Shown: positions 40,730 through 51,772 of the stretch, piece after piece
Position numbering within the stretch: position 1 is the stretch's first letter
How the letters are laid out: each line of letters opens with the position of its first letter
Source: Desulfoluna sp.
GTDB lineage: Bacteria; Desulfobacterota; Desulfobacteria; Desulfobacterales; Desulfolunaceae
Direction: 5' to 3'
NCBI RefSeq assembly: GCF_030145185.1
Contig: NZ_JAQYWB010000026.1
Span: 7,454 to 71,453 of the forward strand
Length of the DNA: 64,000 bases
The notes under the pieces: generated by a model
What the model saw: only the letters and a program-made list of their open reading frames with translations
Database searches by the model: none
Told to the model about the DNA's origin: nothing
Made by a program: the position numbers and the translations under genes

Positions 40730-41120
40730 CCCTCCGGCCTATATATCCCCTCTAAACAGACCCTTCCTTCAGGACACCTGTCCTTTCTCCTTTTTCCACC
40801 CGGGCATGTCCTGCTGAAACAAAATGGGCGTTTGCCTTCAATTTGCTTGAAAAAGAATGTGAAATGACTTATTTAGAGAGTTTTTGACCCGTTGTCATCG
40901 GTGGTCCCAGAGAAGTCGAAAATCGACAAAATCGATGGGAATGGGTCGAAAAGAAAGCGACGATTGCGGGAAACATCAGCGGCGCCCAATATCTCTGCCC
41001 GAATGGCACTCCCGACGCCACATCCCATCCCGCCCGTCGCCCCAATGGCAACCCCCGCGTCACCCGGATATCCGGGGGTCGCTTTTCATGATTTCTTCAG
41101 TTTCAGGTAATACTAAAAGC

Positions 41121-42719
41121 ATGTCTCACGAAAATAACACGCCCTTCGCACGGGAAATCAATAAGCGCCGAACCTTCGGCATCATCAGCCACCCCGACGC
41201 GGGTAAAACCACGTTGACGGAAAAACTCCTCCTCTTTGGTGGGGCGATCCAGCAGGCAGGCGCCGTAAAATCCCGAAAAACAGACCGTCACGCCACCAGC
41301 GACTGGATGGCCATCGAACAGGAAAGGGGCATCTCAGTCACCAGCTCGGTGATGAAATTCAACTACCACGATTACGACATCAACCTCCTCGACACCCCCG
41401 GCCACAAGGATTTCTCCGAGGACACCTACCGTGTCCTCACGGCGGTGGACAGTGCCATGATGATCATCGACCACGCCAAAGGGGTGGAGACCCAGACTGA
41501 AAAGCTCATGGAGGTGTGCCGCATGCGCAACACCCCGATCATGACCTTTATCAACAAACTGGACCGGGACGGCATGGAGCCCCTGGACATTCTGGCCGAT
41601 ATTGAAGAGAAACTTCAGATCGAGTGCACCCCCCTCACCTGGCCCATCGGCATGGGCAAACGCTTCAAGGGGGTCTACAACCTCTACAAAAAAGAGCTCC
41701 ATCTCTTCTCTGCGGAAAAAGAGACCCTGGCCAAGGAGGGCATCCGCATTCAGGATCTCTCCGACCCCAAGCTCGACGAGCTGCTCGGCAGCCAGGCCAA
41801 TGACCTCCGAGATGACATCGAGCTCATCGAAGGGGCCGCCGATCCCTTTGAGCTGGAGCTTTACCTTAAGGGCACCCAGACGCCGGTCTTCTTCGGCAGC
41901 GCCATCAACAACTTCGGTGTTCAGGAGCTGCTGGACGCCTTCGTGGAGATGGCTCCCACCCCCATTACCCGAAAGGCCATCACCCGAGAAGTGTCTCCTT
42001 ACGAAGAGGAGTTCTCCGGCTTTGTCTTTAAAATTCAAGCCAACATGGACCCATCCCACCGGGACCGCATCGCCTTTTTCCGCATCTGTTCGGGAAAATT
42101 CACCCGGGGCATGAAGGTCAAACACCACCGCATCGGCAAGGACATCACCATTGCCAACGCCACCATCTTCATGGCCCAGGATCGAACCAACGTGGAAGAG
42201 GCTTTCCCCGGTGATATCATTGGGATCCACAACCACGGCACCATTAAGATCGGGGACACCTTCACCACCAAAGAGGCGCTGAAGTTCACCGGCATTCCCA
42301 GTTTTGCCCCGGAACACTTCAAACGGGTGCTTTTAAAAAACCCATTGAAAACCAAGCAGCTCCAAAAGGGCCTTCTCCAGTTGGCCGAAGAGGGGGCCGT
42401 TCAGGTCTTCCGCCCCTTGCGCGGAAGCGATTATATCCTGGGTGCCGTCGGAGAGCTGCAGTTTGAAGTGACCATCGCCCGACTTAAAAACGAATACAAC
42501 GTGGATGCCGCCTACGAGCATGTCAATATCGGGGTGGCACGATGGATTGAAAGTGATGACAAAAAAAAGATGGATGACTTCAAAGAGGGCCAGAGGGCCA
42601 GCCTGGCCATGGATGCCGAAGGGCACCTCACCTTTCTGACCACCAGCGAATGGCAACTGGGATTTGTAATGGAGCAGAACCCCGACATTGTGTTTAACAA
42701 GACACGGGAATACGCCTGA
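41121..42719 (+). CDS. prfC: peptide chain release factor 3
   Basis: GTPase G1-G4 motifs ([17 protein letters not shown]) and RF3-wide similarity at 532 aa. Confidence 0.92.
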   Translation: MSHENNTPFAREINKRRTFGIISHPDAGKTTLTEKLLLFGGAIQQAGAVKSRKTDRHATSDWMAIEQERGISVTSSVMKFNYHDYDINLLDTPGHKDFSEDTYRVLTAVDSAMMIIDHAKGVETQTEKLMEVCRMRNTPIMTFINKLDRDGMEPLDILADIEEKLQIECTPLTWPIGMGKRFKGVYNLYKKELHLFSAEKETLAKEGIRIQDLSDPKLDELLGSQANDLRDDIELIEGAADPFELELYLKGTQTPVFFGSAINNFGVQELLDAFVEMAPTPITRKAITREVSPYEEEFSGFVFKIQANMDPSHRDRIAFFRICSGKFTRGMKVKHHRIGKDITIANATIFMAQDRTNVEEAFPGDIIGIHNHGTIKIGDTFTTKEALKFTGIPSFAPEHFKRVLLKNPLKTKQLQKGLLQLAEEGAVQVFRPLRGSDYILGAVGELQFEVTIARLKNEYNVDAAYEHVNIGVARWIESDDKKKMDDFKEGQRASLAMDAEGHLTFLTTSEWQLGFVMEQNPDIVFNKTREYA

Positions 42720-45700
42720 TGAAAGCGCAAAAATACCGAGAGATACCCTACAACTACACCTCTGCCGACGATGAACTGGTGGTCACCTACCTGTTTGACG
42801 CAAAGGTGTGGAACCGACTCCTGGAGCTGAGGGGCAAACGTATCACCGGACGTTCCGCCAAGCTACTCATGCGGCTGATGGGTGATATGTTTATCTTGAA
42901 GCGCAACCCCTTCCTCTTTGACGACCTGGCCCATTCACACCGTCGACGCCGCCTGTTCCTCAAGACGGCCACCAACGACCTGGCCATCATCGAAAAAATG
43001 GCAGACCAGAAAGAGGTCCTGGAGATCACCGGGCGATGCCGCAAGGCCCTGAAAGCGCTCAACGACTCCCTGAAAACCCACAAGCGTCAAAGTCGCTACA
43101 TCAAACGCGAACTGGGGGCCATCATTGGCCGAGAGAACGTCTGCTTTGAGCCCTTCTCCATCATCAGCCACGCCACGGACGCCACGGACTGGCGACGCCA
43201 CCTTGCCGTGGCCGTCCTGCGTCCCACCCGGGAGTCCCAAATAGCGCCCCTGATAAAAGCCGTCGAAAAGCTCGGTCTTTCTATCATCCCCCGCGGTGCG
43301 GGCACCGGCCTCACCGGGGGCAGCGTGCCGGTCTCTGAAGGCTGCGTGATGATCAACACGGAAAAACTCAACCGCATTCGGGGCACCAAACACCTTCCAG
43401 CGGCTCCCGGTACCGGCATGAGCAGCATGACGGTCCTTGAACTGGAAGCGGGAGTCATTACCCAGACGGCCATGGCCTACGCCGAAGCCGAAGAGCTCGT
43501 CTTTGCCACCGACCCCACCAGCTCCTGGGCCTGCACCATCGGCGGCAACATCGCCGAAAACGCCGGCGGTAAAAAAGCGGTGATGTGGGGCACCGCCATC
43601 GACAACCTGGTCTCCTTCCGCATCGCCATGCCCGGCGGACGCCTCATGGAAGTACGCCGGGAAGACCACCCCATGCGAAAAATCCTGCCCGAAGACACCG
43701 TTATCTTTTCCGTCCGGGATGAAGAGGGGCAGGTTCGAAAAGTCATCACCCTTGCCGGAACGGAAATCCGCAAGGTGGGGCTGGGAAAAGACATCACCAA
43801 CAAGGCCCTGAAGGGCCTGCCCGGTATTCAAAAAGAGGGATGCGACGGCATCATCACCTCGGCAGAGTTCATCCTCTACCCCCCCTTTGAGTACAAGACC
43901 ACCTTCTGCCTGGAATTCTTCGGCAACGACATGGAAGAGGCCAGCGAAGTCATTGTCAAGATCTCCAAGGAGTTCAAAAACAATGGCAAAGAGGCCCTCA
44001 TCGCCTTGGAACACTTTGATGACGAGTACATGCACGCCATCAACTACAAGGTGAAGGCAACGCGAAAAGGGAGCCCCAAAGCCGGCCTTCTCATCGACAT
44101 GGTGGGGCACAACGAAGAGGAAATTACGCGGGGGGTCCAACGCCTTCAGGATCTGCTGGTCCCGTACGAAAACACCGAACTCTTTGTGGCCCGGGACGAA
44201 GACGAAGCCGAGCGCTTCTGGAAAGACCGCAAGAAACTCGGGGCCATCGCCAAGCGCACCAACGCCTTCAAGCTCAACGAAGATATCGTCCTCCCCCTGG
44301 ACGCCATCGGCGCCTTTACCCGTTTTGCGGACCTTTATAACCTGGAAGAGAACCGCTACAACCAGGCGGACTTCGTCCACGCCACCCTGTCCTACCTGGA
44401 ACACGCCGAACCCATCGAAGATCCGGAATGGCTTGAGGCACGTATTCCCAAGGCCCGTGAAATCTGCACCGAAGCCCTGACCGCCACCCGGGAAGCCACG
44501 GCGGCAGAGCTCAAAGACGGGGCTCAGGCGAAACAGCTGTTGGCCGAGCTCCTGGAGTTCTTTCGCGGTTACAAGCGTATCTCCGGAGACTTCCAGCGTA
44601 TCTTTAAAGAGGCACGGGCCCGCCAGATCATCATTGCCACCCACATGCATGCGGGTGACGGCAACGTCCACGTCAACATTCCTGTCTTCTCCAACGACAT
44701 GGAGATGATGAAGCGCGCCACCAAAACGGCCGATAATATCATGGAAGAGGCCGTCCGCCTGGGCGGCGTGGTAAGCGGTGAGCATGGCATCGGTATCACC
44801 AAGATGAAATATCTGGAGCCGTCCCTGGCGAAAGACCTGGCCGCCTACAGAAAAGAGGTGGACCCCAAAGGGGTGATGAACCCCGGCCAGCTCGTAGATC
44901 CCACCATTCAGTCCAAGGTCTATACGCCCTCTTTCAACCTGCTGGAGTTGGAAGCGAGCATCCTGCAGCACGGGTCTCTGGAAACCCTGGCGGCCAAGAT
45001 AGCCACCTGCGTGCGCTGCGGAAAATGCAAGATCGATTGCTGTACCTTCTACCCGGCCAAAAACATGTTCTACCATCCGAGAAACAAAAACCTGGCCATT
45101 GCCTCTCTCATTGAGGCGATCCTCTACGATGTGCAACGGTCCCACTCCACACGCTTCAAATTTCTCAAGCAGATGGAAGAGATCGCCGACCACTGCACCA
45201 TGTGCCATAAGTGCTTCAAGCCCTGCCCTGTGGACATCGACACGGCCGAGGTGTCTCTGATGGAACGGGAGATCCTCGTCTCCCGAAAATACAAAAAGAC
45301 CCCCCTGGCCACCCGGGCCTCTCTCACCTACCTGGAGACCCGGAACCCCCTGGCCAATGCCCTGTTTCGAAAGGGCCTCGTCACCTGGGGAGGTGCCCTT
45401 CAGCGGACCGGTCACAAGGTGATCAAGAGCATGGCACCTGTGAAGAAAACGCTGGCCGGGATTCAAGCGATTCAACTTCTTGAGTCTCCCATGCCTCACA
45501 CGCCTTCGGATACCCTGCGGAGTATTCTGCCCAAGTGCGGCACCAACCAGGCGCTGATCCTGAACCCGCCGGAGGAGACAGAACAGTCTGTCTTCTACTT
45601 TCCCGGGTGCGGTTCCGAGCGGCTCTTTTCAGATATTGCCAAGGCCGCCATCTATATCCTGCTCTCAGCTGGAACACGGGTGGTGTTGCCACCGCCTTAT

Positions 45701-46333
45701 ATCTGCTGCGGATTCCCCGCCAAGGTCAACGCCAAGACCGTCCAGCACAGCCAGATCACCTTGCGGGACTCGGTCATTTTCAGCCAGATCCGCGAAATGA
45801 TCAGCTACGTGGATTTCGATGCCTGTGTGGTGAGCTGCGGCACCTGCCGGGAAGCCCTGGAAGAGTTCGGGGCACCAGAAATCCTGGGCTGCAGAATCGA
45901 GGACGTCAGCCGATTTGCCCTGGAAAATGGCCTGGATGTCAAAGGAGGCAACAGCTGCCTCTACCACGCCCCCTGCCATGACTCCCTGGACGGGGAAGCG
46001 GCCAGCCTTCTGGAAGAGTTCACCGGATACTCCGTCGAGACCATCCCCTACTGCTGTTCGGAAGGGGGGACCCTCTCCATGAGCCGCCCCGACATCACCA
46101 ACGCCATGCTCCAGCGAAAACATGATGAAATCCAGCTGCGGACCGAGGGAAAAGGCAGAGAAACGACCCTTCTCACCAACTGCCCGTCCTGCATCCAGGG
46201 GCTGGGCCGAAATCACGACCTCGATATCATTCCCCGGCATCTGGCCGTTGAACTGGCCATCCAGACCGGCGGAAAAAACTGGGAAGAAAAACTCAAAGCC
46301 ATGGTCAAACAGGCCGAGGTGGTCACCTTCTAA
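42719..46333 (+). CDS. DUF3683 - FAD-linked oxidase - 4Fe-4S - CCG-domain fusion protein (YdiJ-like 2-hydroxyacid/D-lactate dehydrogenase type)
   Basis: 1204 aa. FAD-binding PCMH-type region (PRGAGTGLTGGSVP), ferredoxin-type Cys clusters (CVRCGKCKIDCC; CHKCFKPCPVD) and C-terminal Cys-rich CCG repeats. The start ATG overlaps the prfC stop (TGATG). Confidence 0.8.
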   Translation: MKAQKYREIPYNYTSADDELVVTYLFDAKVWNRLLELRGKRITGRSAKLLMRLMGDMFILKRNPFLFDDLAHSHRRRRLFLKTATNDLAIIEKMADQKEVLEITGRCRKALKALNDSLKTHKRQSRYIKRELGAIIGRENVCFEPFSIISHATDATDWRRHLAVAVLRPTRESQIAPLIKAVEKLGLSIIPRGAGTGLTGGSVPVSEGCVMINTEKLNRIRGTKHLPAAPGTGMSSMTVLELEAGVITQTAMAYAEAEELVFATDPTSSWACTIGGNIAENAGGKKAVMWGTAIDNLVSFRIAMPGGRLMEVRREDHPMRKILPEDTVIFSVRDEEGQVRKVITLAGTEIRKVGLGKDITNKALKGLPGIQKEGCDGIITSAEFILYPPFEYKTTFCLEFFGNDMEEASEVIVKISKEFKNNGKEALIALEHFDDEYMHAINYKVKATRKGSPKAGLLIDMVGHNEEEITRGVQRLQDLLVPYENTELFVARDEDEAERFWKDRKKLGAIAKRTNAFKLNEDIVLPLDAIGAFTRFADLYNLEENRYNQADFVHATLSYLEHAEPIEDPEWLEARIPKAREICTEALTATREATAAELKDGAQAKQLLAELLEFFRGYKRISGDFQRIFKEARARQIIIATHMHAGDGNVHVNIPVFSNDMEMMKRATKTADNIMEEAVRLGGVVSGEHGIGITKMKYLEPSLAKDLAAYRKEVDPKGVMNPGQLVDPTIQSKVYTPSFNLLELEASILQHGSLETLAAKIATCVRCGKCKIDCCTFYPAKNMFYHPRNKNLAIASLIEAILYDVQRSHSTRFKFLKQMEEIADHCTMCHKCFKPCPVDIDTAEVSLMEREILVSRKYKKTPLATRASLTYLETRNPLANALFRKGLVTWGGALQRTGHKVIKSMAPVKKTLAGIQAIQLLESPMPHTPSDTLRSILPKCGTNQALILNPPEETEQSVFYFPGCGSERLFSDIAKAAIYILLSAGTRVVLPPPYICCGFPAKVNAKTVQHSQITLRDSVIFSQIREMISYVDFDACVVSCGTCREALEEFGAPEILGCRIEDVSRFALENGLDVKGGNSCLYHAPCHDSLDGEAASLLEEFTGYSVETIPYCCSEGGTLSMSRPDITNAMLQRKHDEIQLRTEGKGRETTLLTNCPSCIQGLGRNHDLDIIPRHLAVELAIQTGGKNWEEKLKAMVKQAEVVTF

Positions 46334-46455
46334 ATACCGACAACCGACGTTCAAGGCCCCCCTTGAACGTCGGTTCCCTCAAAACCTATCTTTGGGGAGT
46401 CGTGCCCCTGCACGCCCCGCAATGCCACCTGGACCATCAAAGAGGACCCGACGCC

Positions 46456-47421
46456 ATGGCCGATACCGACACCCTCATCCGCTCCTGGGCAGAGGCCCTT
46501 TCTTCGCCTGTCACACTGACGCTGCACACCACGGGAACCCACACAAGCGATGAGATGAAACGCTTTGGACAGCATCTCGCCCACACGGCCGGAGAGAACC
46601 TTGTCCTGGCCCTCAAAAAAGGCGAAGCGCCCCTGCCCTTTTTTCAGACAGAAAAGGGCCTGAAATTCTTCACGCTTCCAGGTAAAAAACTGCTGGAGCT
46701 TCTTCTCTACGCCATGGCAGAAGACCCCGATGCCATGGCGGAAGTCCTGGCCTCTGCTCTTCAACGCCTGGAACTCCCCGCCACTCTGGATCTCTTTGTG
46801 GCAGAAGCCTGCCCCTTTTGCCCCCGCATTGCGAGACAACTCATCACCCTGGCACTCCAAAGCCCTCATATCCACCTCTCCCTTTACGACGGCACCCTGT
46901 TCCGCGAGGAAGCCGAACATCGAGGCGTCCAGGCCGCCCCCACCCTGATCTACGACGGAGACATGCGGTGGAGCGGCCAATTTGATGTGGCCTCGGCCAT
47001 GGAGGTCGCGGCCGGACGCTCTCCTGAAGACCTCAGCCCCAATGCCCTTCGGGCATTGCTGGAAGAGGGGCAAGCCTCCCGCGTTACGGCCATGATGGCC
47101 GAGGCGGAAAAGCCTTTCGAATCGATGACCACCCTCCTGGCCGATGAAAAATGGTCTATCCGCCTGGGGGCCATGGTGGTGATGGAAGAACTCGCCGAAA
47201 CCCACCCCACCATCGTCTCTCAAACCGCAGCCACCCTCCTGGCACGCCGATCGACCCTTAACCCGGGGGCCCTGGGAGACATCATTTATATTGCCGGACT
47301 CTCCGGGGACCCCGTTCATCTCTCAACCCTTCGGGAAATACTGGCGGGTCCCTGCGATGACGCCCTCCAAGACGCAGTCGATGAGGCACTGGAAGCGTTA
47401 GCCGAGAAAGCATCCAGCTGA
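46456..47421 (+). CDS. thioredoxin-fold (CPFC) protein with C-terminal HEAT/PBS-lyase-type repeats
   Basis: CPFCP redox motif, then repetitive alpha-helical HEAT-like segments. Start at MADTDT (RBS AAGAGGA). Confidence 0.6.
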   Translation: MADTDTLIRSWAEALSSPVTLTLHTTGTHTSDEMKRFGQHLAHTAGENLVLALKKGEAPLPFFQTEKGLKFFTLPGKKLLELLLYAMAEDPDAMAEVLASALQRLELPATLDLFVAEACPFCPRIARQLITLALQSPHIHLSLYDGTLFREEAEHRGVQAAPTLIYDGDMRWSGQFDVASAMEVAAGRSPEDLSPNALRALLEEGQASRVTAMMAEAEKPFESMTTLLADEKWSIRLGAMVVMEELAETHPTIVSQTAATLLARRSTLNPGALGDIIYIAGLSGDPVHLSTLREILAGPCDDALQDAVDEALEALAEKASS

Positions 47422-47620
47422 TGAATGCCGCAGTGATCACTTTTTACTTGACAGCCACTTTGTTTCCAAAGTATCTATCATACCGTATTTACAAGCATAC
47501 CTAACTCATGCATCTCACACATCATCTGACCTGAACGTCTGCGGGACGATTCAACGCCAATGCACGCCACTCCGGCTGCCACCGGCCCCTTGAACGGCCA
47601 TCGCAGAATGCGAGTACCCC

Positions 47621-49360
47621 ATGAACCTTTCCAGGACGCCACATAAACGGCCCATGGACGTGGAGTACATTCTGCGCTCAAGCCTGGCGTCTCCAGTCCT
47701 TCCTCTTCTCATTGCCATTGTCATGGCGACCTCGGATCTTTATGGCCGCCACCCTGTGATCATCAGCCTTCTCATGACGCTGACCCTTGCGACCATGGTC
47801 TGCCGCATCATCCTCGGGGGGAGTTATTTTCTCCTTGGACACCCCAACACACACACAGTGCACCGGTGGAGCCTTGGCCTCAACTACCTCTCCGCCATGA
47901 TCTGGGCTCTCTTTGCCAGCTTCGTCCTGAACCTGTACGGGCTGCTCTGGCCCGGCTACCTGGTCGTCTTCTGTTCGGGTGCTGTGGTCAGTATCACGCC
48001 GACCTTCAGTGTTCTGCCGTCCACCACCACACGAATTCACACCGGAATCTTTCTTTTCCCCATCATTGCCTGGGGGGGCGTCTCTCACTCCTTTCAAGGG
48101 CAGATTATCGCCGCCCTGGCTCTCCTCTACTTTCTCATCGCCACCCTGATCACAGAAGAGACACGCGCCTGGTTAATGGGCCTCTCCTCTCGCCTTGCCG
48201 AAATGGATAAAACGGCCCTGGACCTGCATCAAAAAAACAAGAATCTGGAAAAAGGCCTCCTTGAGCAGGTCAGCCACCTCAAGGACATCAAGGCAAAAAA
48301 AGAGATCTACCGTCAGGCGTTTCAGACCAGCCCCAACCCCATCGCCTTTAACCGTCTGTACAGCGGGAAATTCAGCCACGTCAATGCCATCTTCTCATCT
48401 CAGTTTGGATACACCCGTGAGGAGGTCACCGATAAAACCCCCCTGGAAGTCGGCCTGTGGGAGGACCCTGCCGCCTGGGAGACCTACCTCAACATCATGC
48501 GCACCCGCCGCTGGGTCAACAACTTTCAGTGTCGGTTTCGCACCCATGACGGGGAGAGCCGGACCGTCCTGCTCTCCTCACGCCGCATCACCCTGGCCCG
48601 TGACCATTACGCCCTGACCACCGTCAACGACATCACTGAATTCTCCGAGGCGCAAAGCCAGGTCAAACACCTCACCCGAAAAATCATCCAGGTCCAGGAA
48701 GAGGAGCGAAGACGGATTGCCCGAGACCTGCACGACAGCGTGGCCCAGGATCTCTCGTCGCTGAAAATCACCTGCAGCAGCCTGCTCTCAGGCCCCATCC
48801 CCGCTTCGGTCCTCCGGGCCAAAATTCAGGATATCTCCACCGTCCTTCAAGAATGCATCGAAGCCGTTAAAACCATTGCCTACGAGCTGAGGCCCCCCAT
48901 CCTGGATGAACTGGGCCTGCCCACCGCTCTTTTCCGGCACTGTGAAGAGTTTCAACGAAAAACCGGCATTGAGGTGGACTTCTTCTCCGCCGGACTCAAT
49001 GGCATCCCCCTGGACTCCGATACAGAAATCAACCTCTACCGACTGGTACAGGAAGCCTTGAGCAATGTCTTAAAACATGCAAAGGCCGACACGGTGATGC
49101 TCCGTCTTGTGGCGTCGTTTCCGGACATCATCATGCGGGTGGAAGACAACGGGATCGGATTTGAACAGGAACGCGAGGGACATCCAGAGACAAAATGCAT
49201 GGGACTTCGCGGCATGGAGGAGCGGGTCCACCTGATGGGAGGGCATATACGCATCATTACGGGGCCCGGTGAAGGCACCGCCCTTGTCATCCGAGTCCCT
49301 TTCAACATGAGCGAACAGGAACTCGAGGAGATCTACAAAGAGGTGGGATCCGTCAGATAA
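47621..49360 (+). CDS. membrane sensor histidine kinase (HisKA_3/NarX-DegS type) with PAS domain
   Basis: N-terminal 5-6 TM region, PAS, H-box LHDSVAQDLSSLKI, HATPase_c. No cognate LuxR-type regulator adjacent. Confidence 0.85.
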   Translation: MNLSRTPHKRPMDVEYILRSSLASPVLPLLIAIVMATSDLYGRHPVIISLLMTLTLATMVCRIILGGSYFLLGHPNTHTVHRWSLGLNYLSAMIWALFASFVLNLYGLLWPGYLVVFCSGAVVSITPTFSVLPSTTTRIHTGIFLFPIIAWGGVSHSFQGQIIAALALLYFLIATLITEETRAWLMGLSSRLAEMDKTALDLHQKNKNLEKGLLEQVSHLKDIKAKKEIYRQAFQTSPNPIAFNRLYSGKFSHVNAIFSSQFGYTREEVTDKTPLEVGLWEDPAAWETYLNIMRTRRWVNNFQCRFRTHDGESRTVLLSSRRITLARDHYALTTVNDITEFSEAQSQVKHLTRKIIQVQEEERRRIARDLHDSVAQDLSSLKITCSSLLSGPIPASVLRAKIQDISTVLQECIEAVKTIAYELRPPILDELGLPTALFRHCEEFQRKTGIEVDFFSAGLNGIPLDSDTEINLYRLVQEALSNVLKHAKADTVMLRLVASFPDIIMRVEDNGIGFEQEREGHPETKCMGLRGMEERVHLMGGHIRIITGPGEGTALVIRVPFNMSEQELEEIYKEVGSVR

Positions 49361-49803
49361 TCAACGATTTTAGGCTCACGGCTTTCGAGGCCCACACGAC
49401 TCAAATGGGACATTGCTTTGTCCCCTGCCATGGTATATCGTGACCGGAACAACAGGCTGGTGATGCCCCCTGTCCGGGTCGGCATCCCATGATCAACCAT
49501 CAGGGGGAAAATCGTTCTTACGCAGCCCTGGAGCCGGGACTCACCTGTCCCTCCAGAGCACCTGTGATGAACGATTCGCAGCAATGCACCGGGCCCGCTC
49601 TCCAGGCAGTCCATGACCATCTGAACCCACCCCCCTATTCGAAACCACACGGCAGCGTCTGCCGACAAAAATAATGCGTCCGTAAAAAATCATCACCCTG
49701 CGTGCATGCCACGGGCTCGTGTCAGCGGTTATCATAAACCGCCGCAGGTTGACCGACAGCCCGGTGCATCCGCACCTTTTACGAGATGCCAGAGAGAACC
49801 TTT

Positions 49804-51060
49804 ATGGATAAAATTGTTGTCAGAGGGGGTGCCCCTCTCCAAGGCCATGTCCGGGTCAGCGGCTCCAAAAATGCCGCCCTGCCCATTCTGGTCTCCTCCC
49901 TTCTTGTGGGAGGAGAAACCACCTTTCGAAATGTCCCGGGGCTCATGGACATCCACAGCATCCTGGACCTGATTGCCGAACTGGGTGTCAAGGTGAACCG
50001 CTCCGAGGATGCCATCACCATGGATGCCACCACCATTGCCTGCGTGGAAGCGCCCTACGATCTGGTCCGAAAAATGCGCGCATCGATCCTTGTGCTGGGG
50101 CCCCTGGTGTCCCGCATGGGCCGCGCCAAAGTCTCCATGCCCGGTGGCTGTGCCATCGGCGACCGCCCCATTGACCTGCATTTAAAAGGGTTGGAAGCCA
50201 TGGGCGCCACCATTCGCCTGGAACAAGGCTATGTGGAGGCCGAAGCCAAGCGCCTGAAGGGTGCCCGCATCGTCTTTGACACCGTCTCCGTCGGCGCCAC
50301 GGAAAACCTCATGATGGCCGCCACCCTGGCCGACGGGGTCACCCTTCTCTCCAACGCCGCCCGAGAGCCTGAGATCATCGCCCTGGCCGATGTGCTCAAT
50401 GGCATGGGAGCCCGTGTGGAAGGGGCTGGGACCCCTGAAATCACCATCACCGGCGTCACCAAACTCTCTCCGGTAGAGGCCCGCATCATCCCAGACCGTA
50501 TTGAGGCCGGGACCTTTATGGTGGCTGCCGCCATGACCGGTGGGGATGTGGTGGTGGATGCCTGTGAACCCAAGCACATGGAGCACACCTTAAACAAACT
50601 CGAGCAGGTGGGGGCCACCCTTGAGGTGGGAGTGGATTCGGTTCGTGTCATCGGCCCGAAAACCATCAAAAACGTCGATATCCGCACCGCCCCCTACCCC
50701 GGGTTCCCCACGGACATGCAGGCGCAGTTCATGGCCATGCTCACCTTAGCCGACGGGGCCAGCGTCATTCATGAGACCATCTTCGAGAATCGATTTATTC
50801 ACGTATCGGAATTAAAAAGGATGGGAGCGAACATCGTGCTCAAAGGCAACGATGTCGCCACAGTGAAAGGGGTCAAGCGCCTCTCTGGAGCCCAGGTCAT
50901 GGCCTCTGATCTTCGAGCCAGCGCCTCTTTGATTCTATCCGGGCTGGTGGCGGAAGGTGAAACGGTCGTCAACCGCGTCTATCACCTTGACCGGGGTTAC
51001 GAGCACATTGAAACCAAACTCCGGGGGTTGGGAGCGTCCATCGAACGTGTGAAAGGGTAA
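49804..51060 (+). CDS. murA: UDP-N-acetylglucosamine 1-carboxyvinyltransferase
   Basis: Full-length MurA similarity ([14 protein letters not shown]...; active-site Cys context [14 protein letters not shown]). Confidence 0.92.
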   Translation: MDKIVVRGGAPLQGHVRVSGSKNAALPILVSSLLVGGETTFRNVPGLMDIHSILDLIAELGVKVNRSEDAITMDATTIACVEAPYDLVRKMRASILVLGPLVSRMGRAKVSMPGGCAIGDRPIDLHLKGLEAMGATIRLEQGYVEAEAKRLKGARIVFDTVSVGATENLMMAATLADGVTLLSNAAREPEIIALADVLNGMGARVEGAGTPEITITGVTKLSPVEARIIPDRIEAGTFMVAAAMTGGDVVVDACEPKHMEHTLNKLEQVGATLEVGVDSVRVIGPKTIKNVDIRTAPYPGFPTDMQAQFMAMLTLADGASVIHETIFENRFIHVSELKRMGANIVLKGNDVATVKGVKRLSGAQVMASDLRASASLILSGLVAEGETVVNRVYHLDRGYEHIETKLRGLGASIERVKG

Positions 51061-51155
51061 AGCGATCGCAAATCGTCCACAAGGCCGTCGCCGGTTTCAA
51101 TCACCGGGCTCCCGTGGACCGAAATATGAGGTTTTCAAGGCCCTTTCGCCGCAGG

Positions 51156-51596
51156 TCACCTGTAAGCGGAAGGGCCTTCAAGAAAATCGTATTTCAAGCG
51201 CGTGAAATTCTGAATAAAGTAGTCCACCTGAACCACCTGTCCTACCGATAATGCCTCAAAAATAAGCGACCGCTGTCGCACCATTTTAAAGGGACCAAAA
51301 CGTCCTGTGCCGATCCGTTTATCCGATATAATCCGAAAAGGCAGGCTCCCCAGAAAGAAATTACCGTACCGTATGTTGACACAGGTATCCAGACTTCGCG
51401 CATCCAGAGTGTCGTTGACATAATAGATACAGGAGAGCCCCTCACGGCTGATATTAATGAGGGGCCCCCTTCGGGTAAATGACGGTGAAAAAACGATATA
51501 GGCTCCCCTCTTAGGGAGATAGCGATCACAACGACGTAAATCACCCATACGTACCTCACGCATTCTGCCACCGAATCGGGGCGAAAAATGAATCAT
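51156..51596 (-). CDS. PilZ-domain protein (putative c-di-GMP receptor), start uncertain
   Basis: RRCDR followed ~20 aa later by NISREGL (RxxxR / D-x-S-x-G-G-like PilZ motifs). Confidence 0.45.
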   Translation of the reverse strand: MIHFSPRFGGRMREVRMGDLRRCDRYLPKRGAYIVFSPSFTRRGPLINISREGLSCIYYVNDTLDARSLDTCVNIRYGNFFLGSLPFRIISDKRIGTGRFGPFKMVRQRSLIFEALSVGQVVQVDYFIQNFTRLKYDFLEGPSAYR

Positions 51597-51772
51597 ATTG
51601 GCGTAAATTCGACGTCTCACCCGGGTCTATGTCCATAGCTCCAGGCTTCCGTCGTTAACACGGCGAAGAGGCCACCCCCTGACTTTTATTCATTCAGGGG
51701 CACAGCGAAGACGAAACACAAAATCATGAAACGCAGACGGACAAGCGATGTCGGCATGAATACGTACGGGAA

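Noticed and set aside
42935-45499. 854-aa minus-strand ORF
   Set aside because: Antisense to the FAD/FeS oxidoreductase gene. Gly/Asp/His-rich low-complexity translation, no RBS.
49333-49668. 111-aa minus ORF between the histidine kinase and murA
   Set aside because: Would need a TTG start with no RBS. It overlaps the kinase 3' end and matches no known family. Left as non-coding upstream region of murA.
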